A DNA stretch of 64,000 nucleotides from Anthoceros angustus (lineage: Eukaryota; Plantae; Anthocerotophyta), in contig MU008154.1 in NCBI GenBank assembly GCA_010909165.1, forward strand, positions 1,291,478 through 1,355,477, given 5' to 3'. The translations under genes and the position numbers were made by a program. Positions 33,056 to 45,399 of this stretch are shown one piece after another. Position 1 is the stretch's first letter. The number at the start of each line of letters is the position of its first letter. The notes under the pieces are model-generated. The model saw only the letters and a program-made list of their open reading frames with translations. It was not told the origin of the DNA and did not search any database.

Positions 33056-34384
33056 GGGAGTGGCCAATGAGCGCATGTGCAGTATCTAGCCTTTAGACTT
33101 CTACTGCGACACAGCTACGTGCACAAGCTGGCCCCGTAGTTTAGACGCATCCTTTGTTAGTGAGGAACTTTGGTAGCGGACGCTTTGAACGTCTTGTGCT
33201 AGGTGATCATGGCGCTTTCATCGCCTTCTGAACTCTTTTTTTTCATTAGACTGCCTTGGTTGCTGGCTGGTTTGTAGAGCATGTCCTTGTGAATTGAATA
33301 TTGTAAGTGGACATGGTTTGGGGCTCACCTACCTACAAGGCCCGTCTCGTGATCGAATTCTCGGCGTTTGGATCATTCTACTGTTTTCATTTCTTGGAAG
33401 ATGGAGACCAGACAAAGAGCGATGGATCGGGCTCATCCTGGAGCACCTTACCATATTGTTTGGAATTTTTATTTCCCAATAATTCACTAGTAAGATTGCG
33501 GAAAGTATTTTCCACCGAATACGTCCAAGCTATTGCCACAAACATCTTGACACAAAAAAAATATTGTTAGACCATGCCATGGGAGTTGCAATACCATTAA
33601 AAGTATAATTTTTGGCATGTAGCATAAGGTACTAGTGAACGTTTGTCGCGGGAACATCACCATTTTCAACAAGTTATCCTAATTCAAGGAACTACTTTTT
33701 TTTCTATGTATTAACATTAAGTCAATGAGCTTGAGATACTCCTTAGCCTAATTGTATGTCATACTATATTTCAATGCACGTGGTGAAGTTACAAAATACA
33801 CATCAAAATGATAATAGAGATACCTTCTACATAAACTATTTTCTCATTTCTATTGATTAGAGAAAAGGTCAATCTTTAATCAACCTATTTTAAGGTCTCA
33901 TTCTTTAGCCGTCTCCTTCTAGGGCCCCCTTGGTTGTGCTCTGTTGGATGGGCTTCTCCTATCAAATTTTTCCCCTCAATAAAATTTTTTCTACTTCTAC
34001 TGGAAATCAACAATGACGTCTCGATTGTTGTAAGGCTTGTTGTAGCCTTTTGAGGCGAAATCAATGATGACTGTCTTCATTGTTATAAGGCTTGTTGTAG
34101 CCTTCATGGTCTTTGCGCCTTCATGGTCTTGGCGCCTTCGCTATTGTAAGGCTCCCTATAGCCTTCATGATATTTAATTTTACAAATTATATATAAAGGA
34201 TATGTAATTATAACCTATTATTTTAATATTACTAATTAAGCCTGCCTCGAAAAGATTAACCCAACACGCAGCGAGGCAGCGAGGCGTGCTAACAGCTATA
34301 TATGCAGGGTAGGCATCCAAACCATGAAGGTGAACTTATTTGGTCAATCTTCCACTACGCCTATATTTTGAGTCGTCGTGGCCA

Positions 34385-34395
34385 ATTAGGGTTCC
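34385..34395. promoter_or_regulatory. telo-box-like element upstream of RPS7
   Basis: ATTAGGGTT ~110 bp upstream of the ATG, with another TAGGGTTT in the intron (~34749). Telo-boxes are typical of plant ribosomal protein genes. Confidence 0.45.
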
Positions 34396-34496
34396 CTTTA
34401 AGTTGTTGGGTTCTTGCACATTTCCGCCCTCTCGCTGTTGCCGTCGCGCGGCTTCTCTGACCTGCAGCTGCTGGCGAGCTCTGCAGATTCGCAACC

Positions 34497-35167
34497 ATGT
34501 TTACGGGGAGGAGGAAGATTCAGAAGGAGAAGGGCGCGGAGCCAGATGACTTCGAAGAGTCTGTAGCGCAGGCGCTCTTCGACCTGGAGAGCACCAACCA
34601 GGAGCTGAAGTCCGACCTGAAGGACCTGTTCATCAATAGCGCCAAGGAGGTGGATGTGGCCAGCAACAGGAAGGCCATCGTGGTGCACGTGCCCTACCGG
34701 TTGAGGAAGGCGTTCCAGAAGGTGCGTTGATTGTTGCTGCGCCAAGCTAGGGTTTTTGTGTGAGAATGTGGTGGGATTGTGAAATCGAGCTGCGTTTGTC
34801 TTGGCAGATCCACGTGAGACTTGTTCGGGAGCTGGAGAAGAAGTTCTCCGGCAAGGATGTGGTGATTATCGCCACCAGGAGGATTCTGAGGCCTCCTAAG
34901 AAGGGGAGCGCCGCCACCAGGCCCCGCAGCCGGACGCTCACTGCCGTTCATGAAGCTATTCTGGAGGATTTGGTGTATCCCACCGAGATTGTTGGAAAGC
35001 GCATTAGGTATCGCCTCGATGGCTCGAGGATTATGCGGGTCTATCTTGACCCTAAGGAGCGCAACTCCACGGAGTACAAGCTGGAGACTTTCGGGGGCGT
35101 GTACAAGAAGTTGACAGGGAAAGAGGTCACCTTCGAGTTCCCGATTTCGGAAGCCGTCACTGCTTAG
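34497..35167 (+). CDS. RPS7: 40S ribosomal protein S7 (eS7); exons 34497-34721 and 34808-35167; 194 aa
   Basis: [31 protein letters not shown]...KAFQK|[48 protein letters not shown]. The GT-AG intron joins the exons in frame. Confidence 0.97.
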
Positions 35168-35589
35168 GAAATTCCCGAGCACCTTCAGCACAGAGTCTGT
35201 TCCCTGTAGATTGCTGGCTGAGAGGTTAATGTAATCTGTCTGAAATTTTGTGATGAGGGGACCGTTTGAGCTGTGAAATGGTCCCCGCAATTTTGTTGGC
35301 TTTCTGTGTACCCATTTCTTCCGAGCCCATCAGTGAGGCAGCTTTACGTATGCACGTCTCGAACCAAGCCGAGCTTCACGAGTTTGACCCACCTCCATTC
35401 AGAAGAGCGTTGTTCGTGTCTACGGAAGGAGCGACCTTCTGCCCTTCTACTTGGTGCGACATCTTCCAAAATTCACCCGTCTGACCCGCACTCCGCAGGC
35501 CAGGTTTGCGGATCTGCGGTGATACCTTCCTTTTGCATCTCGTCTAGAAACCTGACTGCTAGCTCCATCCACCTCTTTCCTAGTCCATC

Positions 35590-35985
35590 GAAGCAAAATG
35601 TGGTTTTGTGGCATGTTATCACTAATGGTTATGCTCAGCAAGGGCTCTGCAAGAATGCCCTTCTGCCGTATAATGCTATGTCGAAGGAAAACGTTGAACA
35701 AGGTTGTGTGTCATTTCTGGCGGTTTTGGGTGCATCTGTGACTTTGATGAATGTTGACCACTTCATGTGCTTAGGGCGTGGATATGGAACAAACATTGTG
35801 TTAGCGAATGCTCTGATATACATGTACGCAAGGTGTGGAAGCATGGAGGATGCATTCCTAGTCTTTGACAGCATGCCTACGCGGGCTAGAATATCGTGGA
35901 ATTCTAAGATCCAGGGGCATGCACAGCTTGGGCAAGGCAATAAGGCTCCGGAAACTTTTGATTAGCATGCAGCAGGACTGACTAA
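35590..35985 (+). pseudogene. PLS-class PPR gene fragment
   Basis: NVVLWHVITNGYAQQG..ANALIYMYARCGSMEDAFLVFDSMPTRARISWNSKIQGHAQLG, then a stop codon. Confidence 0.8.
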
Positions 35986-37584
35986 AGCCATCACTGAACG
36001 GATGTGTACCACGACATAGGTTCTGCTTTTACCAGTGCTTCGCCTCATCCGCCTCCGAGTAAGAAGAGCTGGCAGAATCCTTGGCAGACTCACCCATTCC
36101 CCATCCACTGCCGGAAGCAGCTTGCGTGCTGGTTGCAGCAACCGGCTGGAACCTCTCCCTCATACACCGCTGCAACCTGGGAGTCTCCACCAGGCTGAGA
36201 CGCCTCAGACACTGCTGCCCTCCGACAACACTCGGGGAAGAGCAGTACAGCATCCAGGCTGCACATTTCTTCTCGAAACAACCAGCAGTTTGGATTCTCC
36301 CCCCGCTCCACCCCAGCAGCGGAGACGCTAGGGCCAGCCACGCCGCTCTTGCACGAGTCTGCAGTCCTCTCATCTACTCCCCGGGTCGCGATGCTGTTGC
36401 GAGCACCTCATGCCCTCTTGCTACCACCATTGCTATCCCATTCCCACCTCCGGCAAGCATCCATCGCGCAACCCTAATCCCTACGCTCGATCACGCGACG
36501 CAATGGACGATGTCCTTAGCGGATGCGAGCTGCAGAGCTTGCATTGCTGGATCTTCTTCACCCCTGCCTCCGCAATGGAAAATTGCGAGACGCCGGGCTC
36601 GAAATTCCTTCTCAAGAATGTGTCGGTGCATTGAAAACTTGACAGCCAGCCCGATTCGGGAATGGAAGGGCATGGCAAGCTTGTGTTCCATCTCGCAGGA
36701 TCTCGTCCTTCCCGGCCCGTTCACCCGGCAATAATTCAAGATTTCGGGAACGGGAATTGGTGAAGTTAGGCTGGCGGAGCGGATCGGATTCGTAGTGGCG
36801 GGAGATGGACAAGGCTCGCCTGATGCTCACAGCACCATGCCAGCGCTCTATTCGCCAAGGCTGCGGCTTCGGAGGTGCTGTCTGGTTTTTGAATATATGG
36901 TTGTCTGTAAGAAGGCTCTGTTTTTCAATGCGGAGTCGGATTAGGTGCAGACACTGTTGAAGCAGCAGCAAGTTTCGAAGATTTGGAGTCAGTTTGAAGA
37001 TTTCACTGGCTTGATGGCAGAAGCGCAGACGAGTGCTGCGGGGTTGGCCAAGGCAAGTTGTCATTGCCTCTGTAGCTCTGTATTTTGTGCTTGGAAGAGA
37101 GGAAGAGAAGAAGGAACCGTGATCATCTGCTCTGTGTTGTTGCAGCTGGATGGCTGGTTGCCGCCAACATGTTGTGCTGCGCTCAACTCTGCAGGGAGTT
37201 TGTGCTGCGATGTTCCAGGCCCACTTCAGGCGAAGGAAAGCTTGACCTCTGACCTTTGATGCAGCTCGATGGATCGGTGCGATCCGCACTTCAGAAAAGC
37301 CTTACGGAGTTGTGCACTGTCAAGTTGTCACAAGAGGCCTGCTTGCCTGTCTTGCTCCTTGCCATGGGGCCCAAGTTACAAGTTGCAGATGAGGGACCTG
37401 CACGCTCGCAAGATTTTTCTCACCTGCCCTCACAGTATCAAACCAACGTAACTGCAACTGCACTTCTTCTTGCAAGTGCTCCAAAATATTTCTCTGGTAC
37501 GCTTACTACGCAAATGCCTGTTCTCTAGAGCCAACCGGGTATGGTTGTTCAGACATGGTATTGCATGCTGCCAGAACATAACTT

Positions 37585-37806
37585 GATCGTGCCAGGCGGA
37601 GACTTGGCCAAGCTGCGGCGCGCTGTGTGCATGATCCGCAACACCACCAGCATCGGCGAGGTCTTCTCCCGCCTCGACCACAAGTTCGACCTCTTGTTCG
37701 CCAAGCGCGCCTTCGTGCACTGGTACGTGGGAGAGGGCATGGAGGAGGGAGAGTTTTCCGAGGCTCGCGAGGATCTGGCCGCGCTCGAGAAGGACTTTGA
37801 GGAGGT
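37585..37806 (+). pseudogene. TUA: Isolated alpha-tubulin C-terminal fragment
   Basis: [73 protein letters not shown]. No upstream tubulin exons are visible. Confidence 0.85.
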
Positions 37807-38597
37807 GCGGCCCAAAGGGAGCTGCTCACGAGACTGTCCTGCTTGCTGCATGCATGCAAGCTAATTAGCGAGACACTGCTACAATCGGCCCTCATTAGTT
37901 CAGAATCATCATCCCTGCTTTTAAAACTCTAACTCACGACTCAGGACTGCACTTCCTTCTGCTCCTGCTCTGCCATCCCTGCCCTGCCCTGCTCGGCCTT
38001 CCTTTGAGTTGTAGCTGGTCTCTCTAGGTGGAGGACTTGGGCACCCAATAGCCTGTTCAGGATGCAGAGTGACGAGGCCAAGGTTGTTTTGCCATCTGCA
38101 GAAAGTAATCAGTGCTATAAATTATTTCGCACCTCAATGCCAGTCACTGGAATAATACATCGCGCAATATGTACATGCATCCCACATACCTCCCCTTCTT
38201 GTTCCATTACTTGACTTGACTGGCTTGGTACCTTGCTAGTAGCAGGTGGTACACACTCAACGTGGTGCACATGCGTCACACCAATGAGGACGGTCCGGTC
38301 CTAGAATGAGCTCCCTGAACAAGCTCAAAGAAACACAAGAACCATAAATCATTCTCCCATCTCTCTCTCTCTCTCTCTGCATGTTGACATGACAGCCAAC
38401 GGCAATCATCTCCCACACTGCACGACCTCCAGTTCCACCTCTGCGTTGCCATACATGCCGCACCTAACTTGCGAAACACTACACAATCCCCTCACCTGGT
38501 TCCCAATGCTTTCACACTGCTGGCAGCGGCCTGCACCAAGACCCGTGGGTGCACCCCGCTCCACATAAGCAAAATCCATGTACAGCACCAGCTTCTT

Positions 38598-39858
38598 CTA
38601 TCTTCGGGATCTCTTCCTTTTCAAAGTTTCTCGCCTCTTTTTCCTCTTTTCCTCTTTTCTTGCCTCGTGTCTCAACCTAGATTTGCTCGAACCATTTTCC
38701 CTGTCTTTCCTTTTTCCCAACACTTCTGTACCCGCAGAAGACGTCCTTGTCATCAACGAAGGCCCAGATGCTGGACCCAAAACCCTATCCTCCCAATCTT
38801 CTTTGAGCCTCGTATCAGAAAAGCAGCCGCCCGGCGGGCCCTCTTCAACGGCGAGGTATGGCCCAGGCTCATCCATTCTGCAACCTACAGCACCTCGTCC
38901 ACGCTTTGCCCTGCACAACACAACCAAACCAAAAAGGCCTCAACAACGAAGATCACTACCCCACCACACAAAAGACCACCACCAAGTGACGAAGGACATC
39001 ACCAACCTGGACTTCAAAAACTGGTCAATATCGTAGTCTTTCCACTCGCCACCATCTCGCAGATCTTCGCTTCCGCTTGTACTTTCCCCAGAATGCTCTG
39101 CAGTTTCATCATCAACATATCTAACACTCATACCACGCCGGCTTTCCTTCCCCGGCCTGGAATCATATTCCCTACACGAACTCTGCCCTCGAGAGTCATC
39201 CTCACGAGTGGAATCCCTTCCACCATCCCTCAACTCTGCATCCCTCCCGAACCGCTGCCGCCCTGAAGCCCGATCTGATCTCCGCGCCCGCTTGCTATGA
39301 TTATCGCCCACTTCCACGTACCTCATCCTCCACATCTCGTTTATTTCCACAACCCTGTTAGCTGTCACCATGCCCGAGCACCAATCTCAGCAACAACAGT
39401 AGCAGCAAAGCACACCCAAACAACCCTAACCTCATCCAACATGCAATCACCAAATCCACAGATCCAGTGACACCAACGAGGACCCAATTCTCCATGCCCC
39501 GACTCCCGCATTACCCTAACCCTCACACCACACCTCGTCACTCACTCACATCCCAACTCCCAGCACAACAAAACTCAGCAAAAACGCACTCCCTTGCCCC
39601 GAAGCCGGGCCAGCAATTGCTCCAAGCTGCCGGGAAAGCCAAACTCCAAAATCTAATACCCTGCACCACGATCAAGGCCTGCACTTCACCTTGCTGCACA
39701 CCCTGCACTGTAGCCCTCATAAACTGTGGATTGGGGCGCACCCGCGCCACAGGCTTAGCCAAGAAAGCCCCGACTCCCTCCTTGTCAGCCCGTTGCCGCA
39801 ACCGCGTCGCCTCCTCCATCAGCAGCGCTGCCAGCTTCGCCTCCGTCTCCGGATCCAT
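38598..39858 (-). CDS. Conserved uncharacterised plant protein with an Arg/Lys-rich C-terminus; exons 39858-39690, 39361-39007 and 38910-38598; 278 aa
   Basis: MDPETEAKLAALLMEEATRLRQRADKEGV..RPNPQFMRATVQGVQQ|ANRVVEINEMWR..IDQFLKSR|AKRGRGAVGCRMDEPGPYL. Both GT-AG introns splice in frame (837 nt total). Confidence 0.85.
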
Positions 39859-40134
39859 CCGATTCCCAGCGATCGAACTCCACCACGGGCGCGCCGCGGT
39901 CGAATACAAAATAAAACCTATGCGACCAACCCCATTTACCTCACATATACACCTATATATCTTGAAGCGAAAACTTTGTCATGGCATTATAGTGCGAGTA
40001 GGATATAAATGTGGAAATGTATAGCGCAGATAAAAACATAGGTAGGTAATGTAGGATATGATATATAGGTAAGTAGAATAAACATTCAAATAAATAGGGG
40101 GGATAAGTCGTTGGATCACGCCCCTATACTTTTG

Positions 40135-40645
40135 ATTAGCATGAAGCAGGAAGGACTGAAGCCATCGCTGAACGGATGTGCTAACACTTGAAGAAGGAAT
40201 ACAGATCCATGCCAAATCAATGCAAGCGGGTATGAATCTGACATCTCAGTGGGCAACTGCCTCTTGGACATGTACATATTCCAGGTCCATGCTCCTTGTG
40301 GGCTAAGCTCAGCATGGAAGTGCACAGGAATGTCTGCAACTCTTCAAGCAAACGCTGGAGGATGGTGTGAAGCCCAGCATGATCTCAAGTAGTTTCTGCA
40401 TTCTATGCTTGTGCCAACATAGTGGAGCTGAAACAGGGAATGCAAGTTCACGACCTCATTCACAGAGAGTGAGTACCATGCATACCTCTTTGTCGGAAAT
40501 GCCCTTGTTGACATGCATGCAGAATGTGGAAAGCCAGACCTCGCGCGACAGGTTTTCCACTTCATCTCTGAGCGGGATGTGGTATCGTGGAACACTATGA
40601 CAGCCGGGTATGGTCACAACGGGCTAGGCCAGGATGGCCTACTAG
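40135..40645 (+). pseudogene. Degenerate PPR fragment
   Basis: MKQEGLKP..GYESDISVGNCLLDMY; VGNALVDMHAECGKPDLARQVFHFISERDVVSWNTMTAGYGHNGLG. Confidence 0.75.
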
Positions 40646-40740
40646 GGCCTATCCATGGCAGAGTATATTTTTGAAGCAGCAAGGCAAAAATCTGTACACT
40701 GTACAGGAAGCCTGAACTCTCAGGCTCAACTGGCCTCCAC

Positions 40741-41925
40741 CTAGGTGGTGAAGAAGTTGAGTCCTGGAACTACAGGCATAGAGAACCAACTATTCCTGAA
40801 CAGGGGTCCAGGGGGCAATATCCGCCAAGATGGTGGCGAGCACGAGAGATCACAAGCCACCATCCTCTGGTTGCTGCAGTTGAGTTGCATGTAGAGCAGG
40901 TTATCGATGCCGACAAAGCAGGAGTACGGATAGAGATGTCCGTTGAAGGGGCTGGGGGCTGTTGCAATCTCAACCAGCTGGCTCCGAAGGGTATTAAGCT
41001 CCCATATCTTGCTGGACGCCTGTTCATGATAATTCCAAGGAGTGGCTCCCAGCATCAGAAGCCGCCCGTGGTAGTTGATGAGGTAAGGGCAGGCACAGGA
41101 GAGCTCCTCGGGCATCTCCACATCCAGCTCCTCCCACTCCCCACCATCCAGCTTGTTGGCAACCAGGGAGTAGATTCTCTCATGCCTCTCATCCAGCGTG
41201 TACCTCAAGAGATAGAGCCACGATCCACACACCACACTCCACAGGAAATGGTAGCTGGAGTGATTCCGGACCCAGGATCCCACCACCGCCCAAAACCCAT
41301 CCCTGGAATCGAACATGACGAGCGCATTCCGGCCTCCGGCATCCCTTCCAACACACCCAGCAAAGACCCTGTATCCCCCCGCCTTCCTGCCGACGTCGAA
41401 TCCCACCACCAGCACATCGCACTCCTGATCTCCCTCCTGATGGAAAGGCGGCACCAGCGTGCGAGTCCCCTCCAGGGGGCTGCACACCACGATGCTCCAG
41501 TGATCAGCCTCCGCGGCTTCCTGGAAGCAGATGAGCCCGTTCGCCACGCCCACGATCTCCAGCAGCGGCCTGGGAGCCACAGGCGGCACAGGAATCGGGT
41601 GCCACTTGTAGGATAGTGGGTGGTGGGCGTAGCACGGGGGAAGCTTCTTGCGGTTGTCCACCTTGTGATGGTAAGGGAAGGTGAGAATCCACTGCTCCTG
41701 GAGGGCAATCTCGGCGTGCATTTCCCGAAGTGCGGCCACCCGCAGATTGTCCCGCCATCGCTTGCACACCAGCCGGGAGCGGAAATACTGCACGGTGGGC
41801 AGGCACGCTTGAATCCTGTCAAGAATCTCCAACGGCAGCGCCTCCATCCCGGCCTCTTCCTCCTGTTCCCCGCCCGCGGCCGGGGAAGAATCAGCCATAA
41901 GGGGCCCAAGTGCTATGCATTCCAC
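40741..41925 (-). CDS. Intronless F-box protein with a kelch/beta-propeller-like C-terminal region
   Basis: LPLEILDRIQACLPTVQYFRSRLVCKRWR F-box motif; VANGLICF, VVCSPL and PYLINYHGRLLMLG blocks; 394-aa open frame. Confidence 0.9.
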   Translation of the reverse strand: MECIALGPLMADSSPAAGGEQEEEAGMEALPLEILDRIQACLPTVQYFRSRLVCKRWRDNLRVAALREMHAEIALQEQWILTFPYHHKVDNRKKLPPCYAHHPLSYKWHPIPVPPVAPRPLLEIVGVANGLICFQEAAEADHWSIVVCSPLEGTRTLVPPFHQEGDQECDVLVVGFDVGRKAGGYRVFAGCVGRDAGGRNALVMFDSRDGFWAVVGSWVRNHSSYHFLWSVVCGSWLYLLRYTLDERHERIYSLVANKLDGGEWEELDVEMPEELSCACPYLINYHGRLLMLGATPWNYHEQASSKIWELNTLRSQLVEIATAPSPFNGHLYPYSCFVGIDNLLYMQLNCSNQRMVACDLSCSPPSWRILPPGPLFRNSWFSMPVVPGLNFFTT

Positions 41926-42607
41926 GCCTGTCGGAACTTGCCAACCGCCCAGACGTCACCCCGCGGAAACCTGACGTGATGGCGTGGCGGGACTGCAAAG
42001 AGACGGTTTCTGACACTTGTCAGAGAAGAGACTCGGGCCGGACGATCTGGTGAGAGATTACAGATGAGTGTGGAGTCTGTGGACACATGAGGGGATCCTG
42101 TGCCCGCCGGGAAATGTAAGAAGAGATGAGATGAAAGGAGGGGACAATCTGAATTACAGTTGAATGTACATACACAAGAAACCTCCTGCTGGGAGGCGGC
42201 AGGGGTTTTGTTGGAGTCACTTACCCAAGCTTGCGCTTGCAAGGTAAGGAATCCAGTGTCATGTGCGCGGGTGCCATCAACAACTCCATACACCGGATGA
42301 CACCCTAGCTGCAGAACCCCTGTTTGTTTTCACAAATTCACACCTGTTTCCTGTGGGTCAGGTTGCCTTGTACCGCTCTACACATGCTACTCCTCGCTTC
42401 AGGGCTGCACACATCTGCACAACTAGACTTCAACTGGAAGAAGAGGCTGCCAACAGCTCCCATGTTCGCAGAAACTCTTCCAGGAAAAAATATGGGGGAA
42501 GAAGGGAGGGCAGGCCTGAAGCAGCTGTCTGACTAGCCAGCGAGCTACCCACACAGTATAGGGGAAAACAAATAAGAAAAGACAAAAAGAACAAGGAGCC
42601 CCTGCAG

Positions 42608-44146
42608 TCATGGCTCAATGAGTCCCGGAGCAAAGCTGTAGGTGACTTCAGAGGCAGCTCGGTACTGAGCAGACAAGGGCCACTCGGGAAATCTCCTCCA
42701 CGACTTCTTGGTGAGGTCGTAGATGGCGATCTTATTCTTCCTCCAGCTGAAAATATACACAAAATGGTTCACACCCACACAATGTATCATCCAAGGCAGC
42801 ATGAGCCTGAACTGCCCGTGCCTGGAGCGCCCATTAGTAAACATCTCCTGAAAGATGGGCTCCGGCATGAGCCCCTCCTCCTCCCAGGACTCTACCCTGG
42901 GCCCAGCAACCCGCAACCTCCATATCCGCAACTTATCCCTGCACTCGGTGTGGTTCCCACCCGCCCTCCTGCTCTTATACAACCCCGCCATGAGCACCCT
43001 TCCGGAGCACTCCACCAAAAAGGGCAGAATCAGTCCGGCCCCGACCTTATCCGGGATCGAAACCTCGCTCCAGACTCCACCCTCAATATCAAACGCCATC
43101 ACCATGTAAGAAAACAACCCCAACCCCCCGCGCAACGCCCCAAACGCCGCCCCCCTGGGCCTCTCCCCTTGCAACCTGCACCAGAACATGCAGTACAGAA
43201 ACCCATTGCAGCAGGGCCCCGTGCTCCGCTGCCACCCATACCCCTGCAAATCGTGCCCCTCCACCGTCGTCTTCGGCAGCGGAGACGCCACCCTCAAGCC
43301 ATGGTTTTACTATCATAAACCTCGGTGTTCCTCCATCCACCTTGGCCAGCACCACCTGATACCCCTCCTCCCGTCCGGCACCAGCTTCACCACGTCGTAC
43401 CTGCATCTGTCCAGGTTACTCGGCATGGGGAGATCCGCCACTCCATCCCCGCCGGCCGGCACACGGAGAGGCAGTTCGGGGCGTGCCCCTGCTCCCCCGA
43501 TCCGACGCCGCGCTCCAGTAAAACAAAAACCCGCCCCCGGCCGCCCGCACCTGCGCCACGTCCCGCGCGTTCTTCACCCGCTCCTGCACCCACTGCAGCG
43601 GCAGCCGCTGCCACTGGTCCCGCAGCGGATCGTGCAGCGCGCCCCCGGCCTTGGGCCCGAAATCCAGAAAGAACCTGGCCCGGCAGTGCTCCCGCTCGTA
43701 AACCTCCCACAGCAACGAGTCCCACCTCCTGCACACGGCCCGGAGCCTGAACAAGGAAGCCGGCTCCAAGCGCGGCAGAATCTCGCTCTCCACCATCTCC
43801 ATGGGGAGCGAATTCCACAGCGCCACGTCCCGCGCCCAGGCCAGCTTCCGCCTCACGCTCCGCGCCTCGTGCACCACGGCCCGGGCCCTCCCCTGCGCCC
43901 GCCACGGCATTTTCCTCTTCCCCGCTCCGCATCCGATTCCGCGTCCGCGGCCCCGGATCTGTCCGTGTCCTGCGTCTCCCCGCCCCGGCTCCCCGCCAGG
44001 ACCGCCTCCTGCGACCCCGCGCTCCGCTCCTGCTGCCGCTGCTTTCCCGAAGCCTCCTCCTCCATCGCAGCACGCTGAGCTTGCGCCTCCTCGGCCTGGC
44101 CGCGGAAGAGGCTCCCCAGCACCCGCCCGAACCACGTCAAGGCCAT
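42608..44146 (-). CDS. Second F-box protein (frameshifted: sequencing error or pseudogene)
   Basis: LWNSLPMEMVESEILPRLEPASLFRLRAVCRRWDSLL; AAGGGFLF; CNGFLYCM..MAFDIEGGVWSEV..FLVECSGRVLMAG. The coding sequence is spread over several frames. Confidence 0.8.
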
Positions 44147-45399
44147 AGCCCGGGGCTCGGAGCTCCCTTCCCCGGCGGGGCGTGCGCTCTCGGCTCGCCT
44201 GCTCTGCTCAGGCCGGAACCTAATTCCAGCTCCTGCTACTGCAGGCGGCCATGGCCCGCTGTGGCCTGAAGCCGGCCATGCATCGCGCATCGTAGCGGAG
44301 GCTGGAGGAGGCGGGTGCAGAAGGCGGCGGCAACTTCGGGGAAGGAGGGCCGCACAAATCACTCCGGCAGCTCCTGCCGCAGCCGGATCGCCGAATCGCC
44401 GGATCTCGGCTGCTCGAATTGCGGGGGAACAGGGGCTCGATTGAACGCCTCGCCTCACGGTTGACGCTACAATGCCGCAAAGCCACCAACCCTAGCCTTG
44501 CCGTGGCCCAGCCCACACTGCCTGCGGGACGACGTGGAAGCAACCCTGCTGGATTAGGATCACATTACACCACTCCCTTTCCCTAAATCGAGTTATGTAC
44601 ATAGAAGAAGAGAAGAATAATGGAGACTCATCTACGTAAGGCCAATGGCTACGGACTTCGATTATGTGCCAAATCCTAATGCGCCCGCAGACAAAGTGTG
44701 GGTTGTCTTTTTTTTTCTTATTTCATAACTTACTTAATTTCAGACATCGAGTCTCCATTGCAATCCTTCATATAAGGCGGCGATGGTAAGTGATGTTTCT
44801 TTCTCTTCCTCATTTGCCATTTGTAGGCCATTTATACAGGAGTAAGTAATGCTTCTTCCTCTTCCTCATTTGTCATTAGTAGGCCATTTATTCTTCCTGC
44901 ATATGATGTTCTAGGAGTAGTAAGTAATTTTAGGTAAGGAGCTTAGTCGCTCTTTTTCACTTTGATCCCTGAGGTCCACTTTCATTGTCCCGTGCCGGAT
45001 GGGTTTTTCCCCTTCGTTTTTTTTTTCTCAATAAAAAATAATTTTTAACATAAGGCCCAGGAAACGTCGCTAAGAAAGAAAAAAAAAGGGCAGAATGGAG
45101 ACTAAAAAACAACATAATGGAGACTAAAAATTTTGCCGAGATCCCATCTACACTGTGATTGTGAGGAAGAAGAAAAGAAGAATTCTACTCTCTCTCCATC
45201 CACTCTCATGCTATGGCTTACCTTGATGTTGGGTAACTCATCTCTTTCTAATAAAGTTTAAGAGAGTGGATTTGGGGTTGTATGTGTGGATAAGAAGGTT
45301 AGTCTACCCCTTGTATGTAATCCACAAACATCTTGGGGACCTGTGCACTCAGGATTGCAGAAGATGGGAACAACTCACAAAAAATACAAAGTAAATATG

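Noticed and set aside
36000-36740. Overlapping ORFs on both strands, with a faint resemblance to a plant regulatory protein
   Set aside because: Interrupted by stops, with no motif I can identify with confidence.
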